64,000 nucleotides of DNA from NCBI RefSeq assembly GCF_055900595.2, contig NZ_CM148325.1; one strand, given 5' to 3'. Both the position numbers and the translations under genes were made by a program. The notes under the pieces were generated by a model that worked only from the letters and a program-made list of their open reading frames with translations, was not told the DNA's origin and made no database searches. Positions 41,258-49,704 of this stretch are shown here, piece after piece (the first letter of the stretch is position 1; every line of letters begins with the position of its first letter).

Positions 41258-41579
41258 TGGTTGACTACTTCAATGTATCCTGTATCAACAATGAAAATGT
41301 CCGTTCTTCGCTCACAGAATTAGTGCGACAGCTTCGCACCAAGAGCTGACATTGTAATATCCGACAGGCTATTGCCTGTCAGTTAACAGTTACGTGTTAT
41401 AAAAGGTCAGGCGGGATCCTGACTAGGTGTGTTTAAAGAAGTGCTGGTGGTGAGCGGGTGTTGTGTCCAATTTCCACAGAAAAAAATCTGAGAAACTATA
41501 CCCAATAGTTGTATTGAATCACTGACGAGACAGCCTCATATTTATCAGGACTGGTGTACTTCCAATTCAGGAGGTTGTC

Positions 41580-41669
41580 GTGCTGGTTCTCAAATGTGCG
41601 CTAGCTATTGCGGCTGTAATGGCAATTTATTGTCTTGCTGTTGTTCTTACGGATCGCCTTTCTGATTGA
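41580..41669 (+). CDS. Candidate small hydrophobic peptide (29 aa), possible small membrane toxin
   Basis: Perfect SD AGGAGG (41569-41574), 5-nt spacer, GTG start; translation (M)LVLKCALAIAAVMAIYCLAVVLTDRLSD = single predicted TM helix with charged tail. Confidence 0.35.
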   Translation: MLVLKCALAIAAVMAIYCLAVVLTDRLSD

Positions 41670-41823
41670 TTTTATATTGGCGAGGTGACGTGAGTTAAGT
41701 AGAATTGCTGCGGGTGCTTGAGGCTATCTGCCTCAGGCATGAACACCAACGGCAGATAGAGAAAAGCCCCAGTTAACATTACGCGTCCTGCAAGACGCTT
41801 AACATTAATCTGAGGCCAATTTC

Positions 41824-42036
41824 ATGCTAGACACATGTAGGTTAGCCTCTTACGTGCCGGAAGGCAAGGAGAAGCAGGCTATGAAGCAGCAAAAGGCGAT
41901 GTTAATCGCCCTGATCGTCATCTGTTTAACCGTCATAGTGACGGCACTGGTAACGAGGAAAGACCTCTGCGAGGTACGAATCCGAACCGGCCAGACGGAG
42001 GTCGCTGTCTTCACAGCTTACGAACCTGAGGAGTAA
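41824..42036 (+). CDS. mokD: Mok-like leader frame (N-terminally extended hok reading frame)
   Basis: ATG at 41824, MLDTCRLASYVPEGKEKQA-MKQQK...; same frame as hok, as in annotated mok/hok pairs. Confidence 0.5.
   Translation: MLDTCRLASYVPEGKEKQAMKQQKAMLIALIVICLTVIVTALVTRKDLCEVRIRTGQTEVAVFTAYEPEE
41881..42036 (+). CDS. hokD: Hok-family type I toxin (HokD/RelF-like)
   Basis: 51-aa ORF MKQQKAMLIALIVICLTVIVTALVTRKDLCEVRIRTGQTEVAVFTAYEPEE. Confidence 0.9.
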   Translation: MKQQKAMLIALIVICLTVIVTALVTRKDLCEVRIRTGQTEVAVFTAYEPEE

Positions 42037-42104
42037 GAGACTAAGCGGGGGAGAAATCCCTCGCCACCTCTGATGAGTCAGGCATCCTCAATGCACCCGC
42101 GCTT

Positions 42105-42126
42105 AACCCGCTTCGGCGGGTTTTTC
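42105..42126 (+). terminator. Rho-independent terminator after hok
   Basis: CCCGC-ttcg-GCGGG stem-loop followed by TTTTT. Confidence 0.7.
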
Positions 42127-42202
42127 TAGCATCTACCTGGTTGACAAAGTCGATGTTAAATGGAAATATGGTTGACACCAAAACAACAAGGATATTACGG
42201 TC

Positions 42203-42817
42203 ATGCAGAATTTATCTCAACAGTTGTTAGAAGCATATGACAAGGAGTGCCGCAAAGAGCTTTCGATCGCGTTAGCACAGGCTTATCTTCATTCGCATAT
42301 GAAGGCAAAAGAGTTTGGTTCTTTTTGGGCTCAAGCACAGTCATATTTGCGCTGGTTTTATGCCGATGCATTGCTTGAGAATGCGGCTAAGCGTGTGGGG
42401 CTGGATTTTGAAGTCGGTAGCAATGCTGCTAAAAATTGTAAACACATTGCGATTCACTCGAACAACTGGAAAATGACGGCACATCATTTATCGGGTAATG
42501 CGCCACTTCCTAAGCAGGCATTGTATAGAGCTGTTTACGCTAATCAAAATTATGAATTGAATTTTGGGGATGAAAATGCCGACTCCCTGGATGGGAGAGC
42601 GTCTGGTGGACATGTTTATATGTTACATGATGGCAGTAATCAGCACTTGTCCAAACTGAATTTAACTGTTCCTTCTTCGGATAATTACGGGATTCTTTAT
42701 ACTGAGTCTTTACCAATTATGACGATGGTAGAAGTTGAAGCAGAAAATGTGGATTCTGAGATTGAAGATAAAATCAAGATTCTTACCGAACAAATAATTA
42801 AATCACAGCAATCATGA
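42203..42817 (+). CDS. Uncharacterised protein, upstream partner of the HTH-peptidase gene (candidate toxin/effector)
   Basis: 204-aa ORF MQNLSQQLLEAYDKECRKELSIALAQAYLHSHMKAKEFGSFW...; RBS AAGGA; stop overlaps the next gene's start (ATGA); no motif recognised; AT-rich. Confidence 0.7.
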   Translation: MQNLSQQLLEAYDKECRKELSIALAQAYLHSHMKAKEFGSFWAQAQSYLRWFYADALLENAAKRVGLDFEVGSNAAKNCKHIAIHSNNWKMTAHHLSGNAPLPKQALYRAVYANQNYELNFGDENADSLDGRASGGHVYMLHDGSNQHLSKLNLTVPSSDNYGILYTESLPIMTMVEVEAENVDSEIEDKIKILTEQIIKSQQS

Positions 42818-43959
42818 GCATGAATATCGCACAAACACCATTTACTGATAAATCGTTTAATCCTCGTCGCCTTGAGGAGGCAAGAGAGGCAAAAGGGTTG
42901 ACGATGGCTGAACTTGCCAGAGTGCTCAATATTTCAAGACAAGCTATTTCGTCATTTGAGAAGGGGTTGAAGTCTCCCTCTGCTGATACACTTTCTGCAA
43001 TAGCCAAGGTGTTAGGATTTCCAGAACGATTTTTCTTAGCCTCCAGTGCTTCTCCATCTCTGGAGGGGGCGATTCATTTTAGAAGTCGTTCAACTGCGAC
43101 CAAAAAGGCTCGAGTTACAGGGAAAACACGTGGGCGTTGGGCGGCATTAATATTGGATGAATGTCTAAAATATGCTCAATTACCAGATGTGGTTCTGCCT
43201 GAATTCGATATTATTGATTTTGAGGTTCTGTCTCTATCTGATATTGAGGATATGTCCACCCAATTAAGGCGTTTTTGGGGGTTAGGTGATGGTCCAATAC
43301 TCAATTTAACTAGACTTGTTGAAAATAAAGGAATCGTGGTTTCTCATTTACCTTCTGGTGAGAAAGTTGATGCCTTTTCGTTCTGGCATAATGGGCGGCC
43401 TTTAATTATGTTAGATAGCTCGAAGACGGCTGTTCGCATGCGATTTAGTCTTGCTCATGAACTTGGCCATTTAATTATGCATAGGGCAGTGGAGGATGAC
43501 TACCTGAATGATAAAGAATTATTCGACCTGGTGGAGTTGCAGGCCGATTATTTTGCCTCCAGCTTTTTAATGCCAGCCACCACTTTCGGGCGTGAATTTT
43601 ATAGTCCAAATTTATCAGCGTTAGAACGATTAAAACTACGTTGGATTACATCTATCGGTAGTATTGCCATGAGGAGTCATAGCCTTAAGTTAATCAGCGA
43701 TAATCAGAAAAGCTATATATTTAAGCAATTAGCGCCATTCCATCGTAGGGAGCCGTTAGATGATGCAATCCCAAAAGAAGAGCCTGAGTTACTTAATAAG
43801 TTACTTTTACTTCTTGATAAGCATTCAATCATAAAGGTAACTGAGTTAACTGATATCTTTGCTCTTCCCTTAAATGAGTTATCTGCAATTACACGATTTA
43901 AAGAATCAGATATGATTCATTCTGACAATGTTATTTCATTTACCATAAAACAAAAATAA
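42814..43959 (+). CDS. XRE-family HTH fused to ImmA/IrrE-type zinc metallopeptidase
   Basis: 381-aa ORF; N-terminal HTH (...LTMAELARVLNISRQAISSFEKGLKSPSADTLSAIAKVLGF...) and HExxH motif in ...RFSLAHELGHLIMH...; translationally coupled to upstream gene. Confidence 0.8.
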   Translation: MSMNIAQTPFTDKSFNPRRLEEAREAKGLTMAELARVLNISRQAISSFEKGLKSPSADTLSAIAKVLGFPERFFLASSASPSLEGAIHFRSRSTATKKARVTGKTRGRWAALILDECLKYAQLPDVVLPEFDIIDFEVLSLSDIEDMSTQLRRFWGLGDGPILNLTRLVENKGIVVSHLPSGEKVDAFSFWHNGRPLIMLDSSKTAVRMRFSLAHELGHLIMHRAVEDDYLNDKELFDLVELQADYFASSFLMPATTFGREFYSPNLSALERLKLRWITSIGSIAMRSHSLKLISDNQKSYIFKQLAPFHRREPLDDAIPKEEPELLNKLLLLLDKHSIIKVTELTDIFALPLNELSAITRFKESDMIHSDNVISFTIKQK

Positions 43960-43970
43960 TTCTCATTCAT

Positions 43971-43994
43971 ACCCGCCTCGGCGGGTTTTTGTTT
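43971..43994 (+). terminator. Rho-independent terminator after the HTH-peptidase gene
   Basis: CCCGCC-tc-GGCGGG stem followed by TTTTTGTTTT. Confidence 0.75.
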
Positions 43995-44065
43995 TACGTA
44001 TTCTGGTTTACAATCCACAGGCCAGCCTGAACAACTGGCACCTGCTGCGCCAGCAGAGACAACCG

Positions 44066-44344
44066 ATGGCGCACGATACCAAATTACACAATTCTGATGA
44101 TTCTGCCGTCTTTGCCAGCAGGCACGGGCGGCGCTCTCACGCATTTAAATCTGATTGGTACCAGCATCCCCCATGCACTGAAGAACAGGCCGAATGGCTG
44201 ATTCATTCTTACCGCAGGCGCGGGTTCGAGGTTAAGAAAGCTCTCAGTCTCGACTATCGGCACTGGATAATCTCTGTCAGGCTGCCTTATTCCGAACGCC
44301 CACCACGTGCGTCCCGCACTTTCCAGCAACGGATCTGGAGGTAA
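44066..44344 (+). CDS. Hypothetical prophage protein (upstream of ydfU-like gene)
   Basis: 92-aa basic ORF MAHDTKLHNSDDSAVFASRHGRRSHAFKSDWYQHPPCTEEQAEWLIHSYRRRGFEV... Confidence 0.4.
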   Translation: MAHDTKLHNSDDSAVFASRHGRRSHAFKSDWYQHPPCTEEQAEWLIHSYRRRGFEVKKALSLDYRHWIISVRLPYSERPPRASRTFQQRIWR

Positions 44345-44345
44345 C

Positions 44346-45395
44346 GTGCGGGTATTACTTAGACCTGTTCTGGTGCCAGAGCTTGGGCTGGTGGTCCTTA
44401 AACTAGGCCGTGAATCCATGCCGGTATTCCACAATACCCGGGTACTGGTGGAGCCGGAACCGAAAAGCATGCGTAATCTGCCGTCCGGGGTCGTTCCTGC
44501 CGTTCGCCAGCCGCTGGTGGAAGACAAAACATTGCTGCCGTTTTTCAGTAACGCACGGGTGATTCGTGCTGCTGGTGGTGCTGGTGCATTGTCTGACTGG
44601 CTGTTGCGCCATATTAAATCCTGCCAGTGGCCGCACGGCGATTATCATCACAGCGAAACCGTCATTCACCGTTATGGTACCGGCGCAATGGTGTTGTGCT
44701 GGCACTGCGACAACCAACTGCGTGACCAGACATCCGAATCACTCGAGCAACTTGCTCATCAAAACCTGTCAGCATGGATGATTGACGTCATCGGTCACGC
44801 AATAAGCGGTACGCAGGAGCGTGAATTATCTCTGGCTGAATTATCCTGGTGGGCGCTCCGCAATCAGGTGGCGGACGCGCTACCGGAAGCGGTATTACGT
44901 CGTTCGCTGGGATTACCAGCGGAAAAAATCTGCTCGGTGTACCGCGAGAGCGACATCGTACCGGGAGAGCAGACCGCCACCAGCATATTGAAACAACGCA
45001 CAAAAAATCTTGCACCGTTGCCTTACGCCCACCAGCAACAAAAACCACCACAGGAAAAGACGGTGGTAAGCATCACCGTTGATCCAGAGTCTCCGGAATC
45101 TTTCATGAAGCTGCCTAAACGTCACCGTTGGGTTAAGGAGAAATACACACGCTGGGTTAAGACACAGCCGTGTGCTTGCTGCGGGATGCCAGCCGACGAT
45201 CCGCATCATCTGATTGGTCACGGGCAGGGCGGAATGGGAACCAAAGCACATGATCTCTTTGTGTTGCCTTTGTGCAGAAAGCATCACGACGAGTTGCATA
45301 CGGATACCGTGGTATTTGAAGAGAAGTATGGCTCCCAACTGGAGCTGATTTTTCGATTTATCGATCGCGCGCTGGCAATTGGTGTGCTGGCCTAA
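44346..45395 (+). CDS. ydfU: YdfU-like prophage protein (DUF968; HNH-like Cys/His motif)
   Basis: ORF (GTG start after GGAGG) (M)[32 protein letters not shown]...; C-terminal [21 protein letters not shown]...CRKHHDELH. Confidence 0.8.
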   Translation: MRVLLRPVLVPELGLVVLKLGRESMPVFHNTRVLVEPEPKSMRNLPSGVVPAVRQPLVEDKTLLPFFSNARVIRAAGGAGALSDWLLRHIKSCQWPHGDYHHSETVIHRYGTGAMVLCWHCDNQLRDQTSESLEQLAHQNLSAWMIDVIGHAISGTQERELSLAELSWWALRNQVADALPEAVLRRSLGLPAEKICSVYRESDIVPGEQTATSILKQRTKNLAPLPYAHQQQKPPQEKTVVSITVDPESPESFMKLPKRHRWVKEKYTRWVKTQPCACCGMPADDPHHLIGHGQGGMGTKAHDLFVLPLCRKHHDELHTDTVVFEEKYGSQLELIFRFIDRALAIGVLA

Positions 45396-45412
45396 TTTTG
45401 TGGAGTAAGTTG

Positions 45413-45790
45413 ATGCGTGATATTCAGATGGTTCTTGAGCGTTGGGGGGCATGGGCGGCTAATAATCATGAAGATGTGACCTGGTCGTCCATTGCCGCTG
45501 GTTTTAAGGGATTAATTCCTTCAAAAGTAAGATCTCGTCCGCAATGCTGTGACGATGACGCGATGATCATTTGTGAATGTATGGCTCGCCTGAGAAAAAA
45601 CAACAGCGATTTACATGGTTTATTGGTGGACTATTATGTCGGCGGCATGACTTTTATGGCGCTTGCACGTAAGCATGGGCGATCTGATTGTTGGGTTGGC
45701 AGGATGCTCCAGAAAGCTGAGGGCGTAGTGGAGGGCATGCTGATGGTATTGGATCTCCGATTGGAGATGGATGCTGATTGTTCGAAATAA
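45413..45790 (+). CDS. Late-gene antiterminator Q (short QuuD-type)
   Basis: [79 protein letters not shown]...; RBS GGAG. Confidence 0.85.
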   Translation: MRDIQMVLERWGAWAANNHEDVTWSSIAAGFKGLIPSKVRSRPQCCDDDAMIICECMARLRKNNSDLHGLLVDYYVGGMTFMALARKHGRSDCWVGRMLQKAEGVVEGMLMVLDLRLEMDADCSK

Positions 45791-45888
45791 TTAAAGGAAA
45801 AGTTGCTGTCTGATTGTCATTAGTCTAACATTTTAAATGTTGGAATCGCAACGTAGTTATTATCATATAACAGCTTGTTTCCTGATTT

Positions 45889-45918
45889 AGCCAGCCTCCC
45901 CAAAGGCTGGTTTTTTTC
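45889..45918 (+). terminator. Rho-independent terminator downstream of Q (tR'-like)
   Basis: CCAGCC-tccccaaa-GGCTGG stem followed by TTTTTTT. Confidence 0.55.
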
Positions 45919-45945
45919 TAATAAGTATCATTTCGGGTAGGGATT

Positions 45946-46476
45946 TTATTGTTTAACCCATAATAATTCATTGACATTGAATCCCAACTTTTGAGCGGTT
46001 CGCACATAGTCTGCTTTTACTTTATCTGGAATAGTTGGGGTCCTTGCCAGAATCCATAGGTATTCTCTGTTCGAACCACTAACAAGAGCATACTTATACT
46101 CATCATCCAGTTTGATTACATTATAGCCACCATAGAAGGGGCCAAAAAACGAAACCTTCAACGCTGCAGTTTTAGTATCTCCAGTAAAGTATGCTTTACC
46201 TTCGCTCTCGCTCCATTTATTTTTCGTTGGATCGTATCCACGGTTAAGTACACGAATCCCTCCGTCGTTCCGTTTTCCATAAGTAGCGCTGACCTGCTCC
46301 AGACCACGTTCGAACCGGTTCTCGAGGCGAGCTATTTCATACCATTTTCCGAGGTAGCGGTTGGCGTCAAAATTTGTAATCGGCTGCACACCTTTAGGTG
46401 GTGTCGGGGCCTTACATGCTATAAGAGTGAAAGAGAGTGCAATGCCAGTCAACACAGGCCATAACTTCATAATCAA
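45946..46476 (-). CDS. Outer-membrane lipocalin (Blc homolog) lipoprotein, prophage moron
   Basis: 176-aa ORF with lipobox (...SFTLIAC) and lipocalin core FDANRYLGKWYEIARLENRFERGLE...YLWILARTPTIP; opposite strand to flanking late genes. Confidence 0.85.
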   Translation of the reverse strand: MIMKLWPVLTGIALSFTLIACKAPTPPKGVQPITNFDANRYLGKWYEIARLENRFERGLEQVSATYGKRNDGGIRVLNRGYDPTKNKWSESEGKAYFTGDTKTAALKVSFFGPFYGGYNVIKLDDEYKYALVSGSNREYLWILARTPTIPDKVKADYVRTAQKLGFNVNELLWVKQ

Positions 46477-46662
46477 TCCTGTACTTTTGATAGTTGAGAG
46501 TAAGTATGAAAGATAGATGATTACGACCGATCACTTAAAGAACTTTCATACTATATTAGGAATAGTCCATAACAGAAAAATTGTCAGTGATGACGTCAGA
46601 AAGGCAATTTATTCCGTGCACTACACAGTTTATGTGTTAATGAATTAGTCAAGGGGGAGGAT

Positions 46663-47622
46663 ATGATAAAAAAACCTGTGATTGGAATCAGCGGTTGTTT
46701 GGCCGGTTCTGCTGTTCGTTTTGATGGTGGTCACAAAAGAGCTGACTTTTTAATGGACAAATTAGTGGAATGGGTAACATTCAGACCAGTATGTCCGGAA
46801 ATGGCTATAGGGCTGCCAGTTCCGCGTCCTGCTCTACGTCTTGTGCGCTCGAAGCAAGGAAATATACGGATGTGTTTCAGCCACGACCAGAATGAGGATG
46901 TGACAGAGAGAATGACAGAGTTTAGTCGTTCTTATATGCACAAATTAAAGGATGTATCGGGGTTTGTGGTTTGTGCTAAATCTCCCAGCTGTGGCATGGA
47001 GCGCGTGCGTGTCTATGATGAAAATGGTAATCGAGGTCGTAAAGATGGAGTGGGACTATTTACGAGCACTTTGATGGAAAAGTTTTCCTGGCTACCGGTT
47101 GAAGAGGATGGGCGATTACATGATCCAGTGCTTCGTGAGAATTTTGTTGAAAGAGTTTTTGCTTTGCATGAGCTCAATCACCTTTACAAGGAGAAATTAT
47201 CAAGAAGAGAGTTATTAGCTTTTCATAGTCGTTATAAGCTTCAGTTGTTGGCGCATAGTCAGGCAGGCTATAAAGATATGGGACCATTTGTGGCTGCAAT
47301 ACACGAGTGGGCGGACCTTGAATCATACTTTGAGGTGTATCGTGATAAGCTGATGGCGATTCTCAGAAAACCTGCATCACGTAAAAATCACACGAATGTG
47401 CTGATGCATATACAGGGGTATTTTAGTAATTACTTAAGTACACGCCAGCGTAAAGAGTTGACCGAGGTTATACTTAACTATCGCTTTGGCACATTGCCTC
47501 TTCTTGCGCCGTTGACTCTGCTGAAGCATTATCTGGGTGAGTATCCTAATGATTACTTGCTTACACAGAATTACTTCGATCCCTATCCGGAAGAACTGGC
47601 TCTAAGACTGATGGTGAATTAA
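46663..47622 (+). CDS. DUF523 (TudS-like Fe-S) / DUF1722 (YbgA-like) fusion protein, prophage moron
   Basis: 319-aa ORF; N-terminus MIKKPVIGISGCLAGSAVRFDGGHKRADFL... with conserved cysteines; C-terminal half resembles YbgA/DUF1722; RBS AAGGGGGAGG. Confidence 0.7.
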   Translation: MIKKPVIGISGCLAGSAVRFDGGHKRADFLMDKLVEWVTFRPVCPEMAIGLPVPRPALRLVRSKQGNIRMCFSHDQNEDVTERMTEFSRSYMHKLKDVSGFVVCAKSPSCGMERVRVYDENGNRGRKDGVGLFTSTLMEKFSWLPVEEDGRLHDPVLRENFVERVFALHELNHLYKEKLSRRELLAFHSRYKLQLLAHSQAGYKDMGPFVAAIHEWADLESYFEVYRDKLMAILRKPASRKNHTNVLMHIQGYFSNYLSTRQRKELTEVILNYRFGTLPLLAPLTLLKHYLGEYPNDYLLTQNYFDPYPEELALRLMVN

Positions 47623-48028
47623 CTGTATGCGATATCATCTGAAAGTGATGAGTTCCTGTATGCAGGATATTTACAATCGTAAAAACTACACTATGATACC
47701 CATAGTGTCAGTTTGTATAAAAATCCTGTTCACGCTGAAGAAAACATTGAGATGCAATTTAATGTTGGTAAACATACCAGCCCCAAAAGATTTTATTCAA
47801 TCTGTTTTTATATGAAGATATTTCAAGTGAATATTAAGAGTATATAATATTATTATTGCACGCAGCTATTATAATATAACAGATTAGTTTAATGATTTGT
47901 TTTTTGTGAGTTAAACACATGGTTTTATAGTTGTGATGCAATGAGATTTTCCTTATTGTTGAACTGGCGAATATTGATTTTCCACCTATACTTACCTGGT
48001 GTAACCCCAGTGATATCAGGTGGATAAT

Positions 48029-48742
48029 ATGCCATACATATGTTCTGTCATTTTGGTGTTGAACTCGTTTGGTGTCCGAATTGGTAAAGAAGATATTTTG
48101 TTTAAAAAAGGAAGTGCTGTCCTCATCGAATACAATTTAAAAGATCTTTTTTCGTCAAATACAGATCATCTAATGATCGTAGATGTTGAGGAGAAAACAG
48201 TTAATGATTTCTTTAAAAACTACACACTCTCACCTTTTTCTGTAAGAAGGTTTTATCCGTCATACTTGATAGTAGAATGTGAAGATTTTTCATTGTTAAG
48301 GAACTTGGTTGCATGCTTGAATTGTGATAGCAAAACCGTGGATGTAGTTAGAAATCAAATATCACTTGCATGTCTTGCTGTCTTATCTTCAGAGAAAATA
48401 GTGCAAAGTTTTTTGTTCGGAAGTCTTAATAGCTTAGGTTGTAAAGTTAAGGCTATTATTCACTCGGATATCTCAGCGTCATGGAGACTTTGTGATATAT
48501 CTTCAAGATTATATATGAGCGAGAGTTTGTTAAAAAGAAAATTAAAAGACGAAGGATTATCGTTTAGTAAATTAATTCTTGAAGAACGAATGATGATGGC
48601 GCAAAGATTATTGATCTACAGTAACCATACTGTCGGCAAGGTGGCGGGAATATGCGGGTATGACAATGCATCATATTTTGTAAGTGTTTTTAGAGGATAT
48701 TTTGGTGTGCCTCCGCACCAATATTTATCAAGATTTTCTTAG
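48029..48742 (+). CDS. AraC/XylS-family transcriptional regulator (prophage-encoded), in AT-rich block
   Basis: ORF MPYICSVILVLNSFGVRIGKEDILFKKG...; C-terminal AraC HTH (...SESLLKRKLKDEGLSFSKLILEERMMMAQRLLIYSNHTVGKVAGICGYDNASYFVSVFRGYFGVPPHQY); RBS AGGTGG. Confidence 0.8.
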   Translation: MPYICSVILVLNSFGVRIGKEDILFKKGSAVLIEYNLKDLFSSNTDHLMIVDVEEKTVNDFFKNYTLSPFSVRRFYPSYLIVECEDFSLLRNLVACLNCDSKTVDVVRNQISLACLAVLSSEKIVQSFLFGSLNSLGCKVKAIIHSDISASWRLCDISSRLYMSESLLKRKLKDEGLSFSKLILEERMMMAQRLLIYSNHTVGKVAGICGYDNASYFVSVFRGYFGVPPHQYLSRFS

Positions 48743-48932
48743 AAGATATGATGTGATGGCATTTTATAAAGTTATTTTTTGAAGTGTAAGATTATACGAT
48801 ATTTTTAGCTACGCCAGAATAATTGCTGGCGTTTTTCTTTTTGAATAGATGTTCGGGCCTTACGCTAATGTAACTTCTTTCCTTCTTCGAACCAAACCGT
48901 GTACACCATCCGTTATCTGCGGAGGTGAGGCT

Positions 48933-49148
48933 ATGAAATCCATGGATAAGTTAACAACGGGCATCGCCTACAGCACCTCTGCAGGCAGTGCTGGCTACTG
49001 GTTTTTACAGTTGCTCGATAAAGTCACGCCCTCACAGTGGGCGGCAATAGGTGTATTGGGTAGTCTGGTATTTGGCATGCTGACGTATCTGACAAACCTT
49101 TATTTCAAGATTAAAGAAGACAGGCGTAAGGTTGCGAGAAGAGAGTAA
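48933..49148 (+). CDS. Holin (EssD/lambda S-like class)
   Basis: 71-aa [74 protein letters not shown]; RBS GAGGTGAGG. Confidence 0.85.
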   Translation: MKSMDKLTTGIAYSTSAGSAGYWFLQLLDKVTPSQWAAIGVLGSLVFGMLTYLTNLYFKIKEDRRKVARRE

Positions 49149-49152
49149 TCCA

Positions 49153-49704
49153 ATGACTCAAGACTATGAACTGGTTGTGAAAGGAGTTCGCAATTTTGAG
49201 AATAAAGTGGCGGTAACTGTAGCCTTACGGGACAAAAAACACTTTGACGGTGAAATTTTTGACCTGGACATCTCGCTGGACCGTGTTGAAGGTGCCGCGC
49301 TGGAGTTTTATGAGGCAGCAGCCAGAAGGAGCATCAGACAGGTCTTCCTGGATGTTGCTGCCGGGTTATGTGAAGGGGATGAGCAGTCGCCGGAAAAGCG
49401 CCCCATAATTTTAGAGGCGCAGAATGTGTGGATAACCTACAAAGGAAAGCTACCGGGAAGAATTACTGGTTCTCTGAAGACGCCACCGACGGCATTGCGG
49501 TCAGAAAAAGATGATATTGAATCGCCCATTGAAAAACTGGAGGGCAGCGTCGCTGATCTGAATAAAAAATTGTCGGTGCTGATTCCTTCTGAAGATGAAA
49601 AAAAACGCCGCGATGAGCAGTTTGCGGCGTTTTACGATTATTGCATTGAAGTTACTCGCAGGAATTTTGTGAAGATTTTTGAGGAGGGTAAATCTCTTCA
49701 GTAA
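49153..49704 (+). CDS. Hypothetical protein inserted between holin and endolysin
   Basis: 183-aa ORF MTQDYELVVKGVRNFENKVAVTVALRDKKHFDGEIFDLDISLDRVEG...; RBS GAGAG; no recognisable motif. Confidence 0.5.
   Translation: MTQDYELVVKGVRNFENKVAVTVALRDKKHFDGEIFDLDISLDRVEGAALEFYEAAARRSIRQVFLDVAAGLCEGDEQSPEKRPIILEAQNVWITYKGKLPGRITGSLKTPPTALRSEKDDIESPIEKLEGSVADLNKKLSVLIPSEDEKKRRDEQFAAFYDYCIEVTRRNFVKIFEEGKSLQ

Noticed and set aside
41258-41580. Expected relB-relE antitoxin-toxin genes upstream of hok
   Set aside because: No ORF with RelB/RelE character is present in this interval; only a hairpin (GACAGGC-tatt-GCCTGTC at ~41359-41376) and the small hydrophobic ORF.
45790-46000. Search for tRNA genes in the Q-S interval (common in Stx-type phages)
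   Set aside because: No cloverleaf-compatible sequence with conserved T-loop (GTTCNANNC) found by eye; only the terminator hairpin is present.
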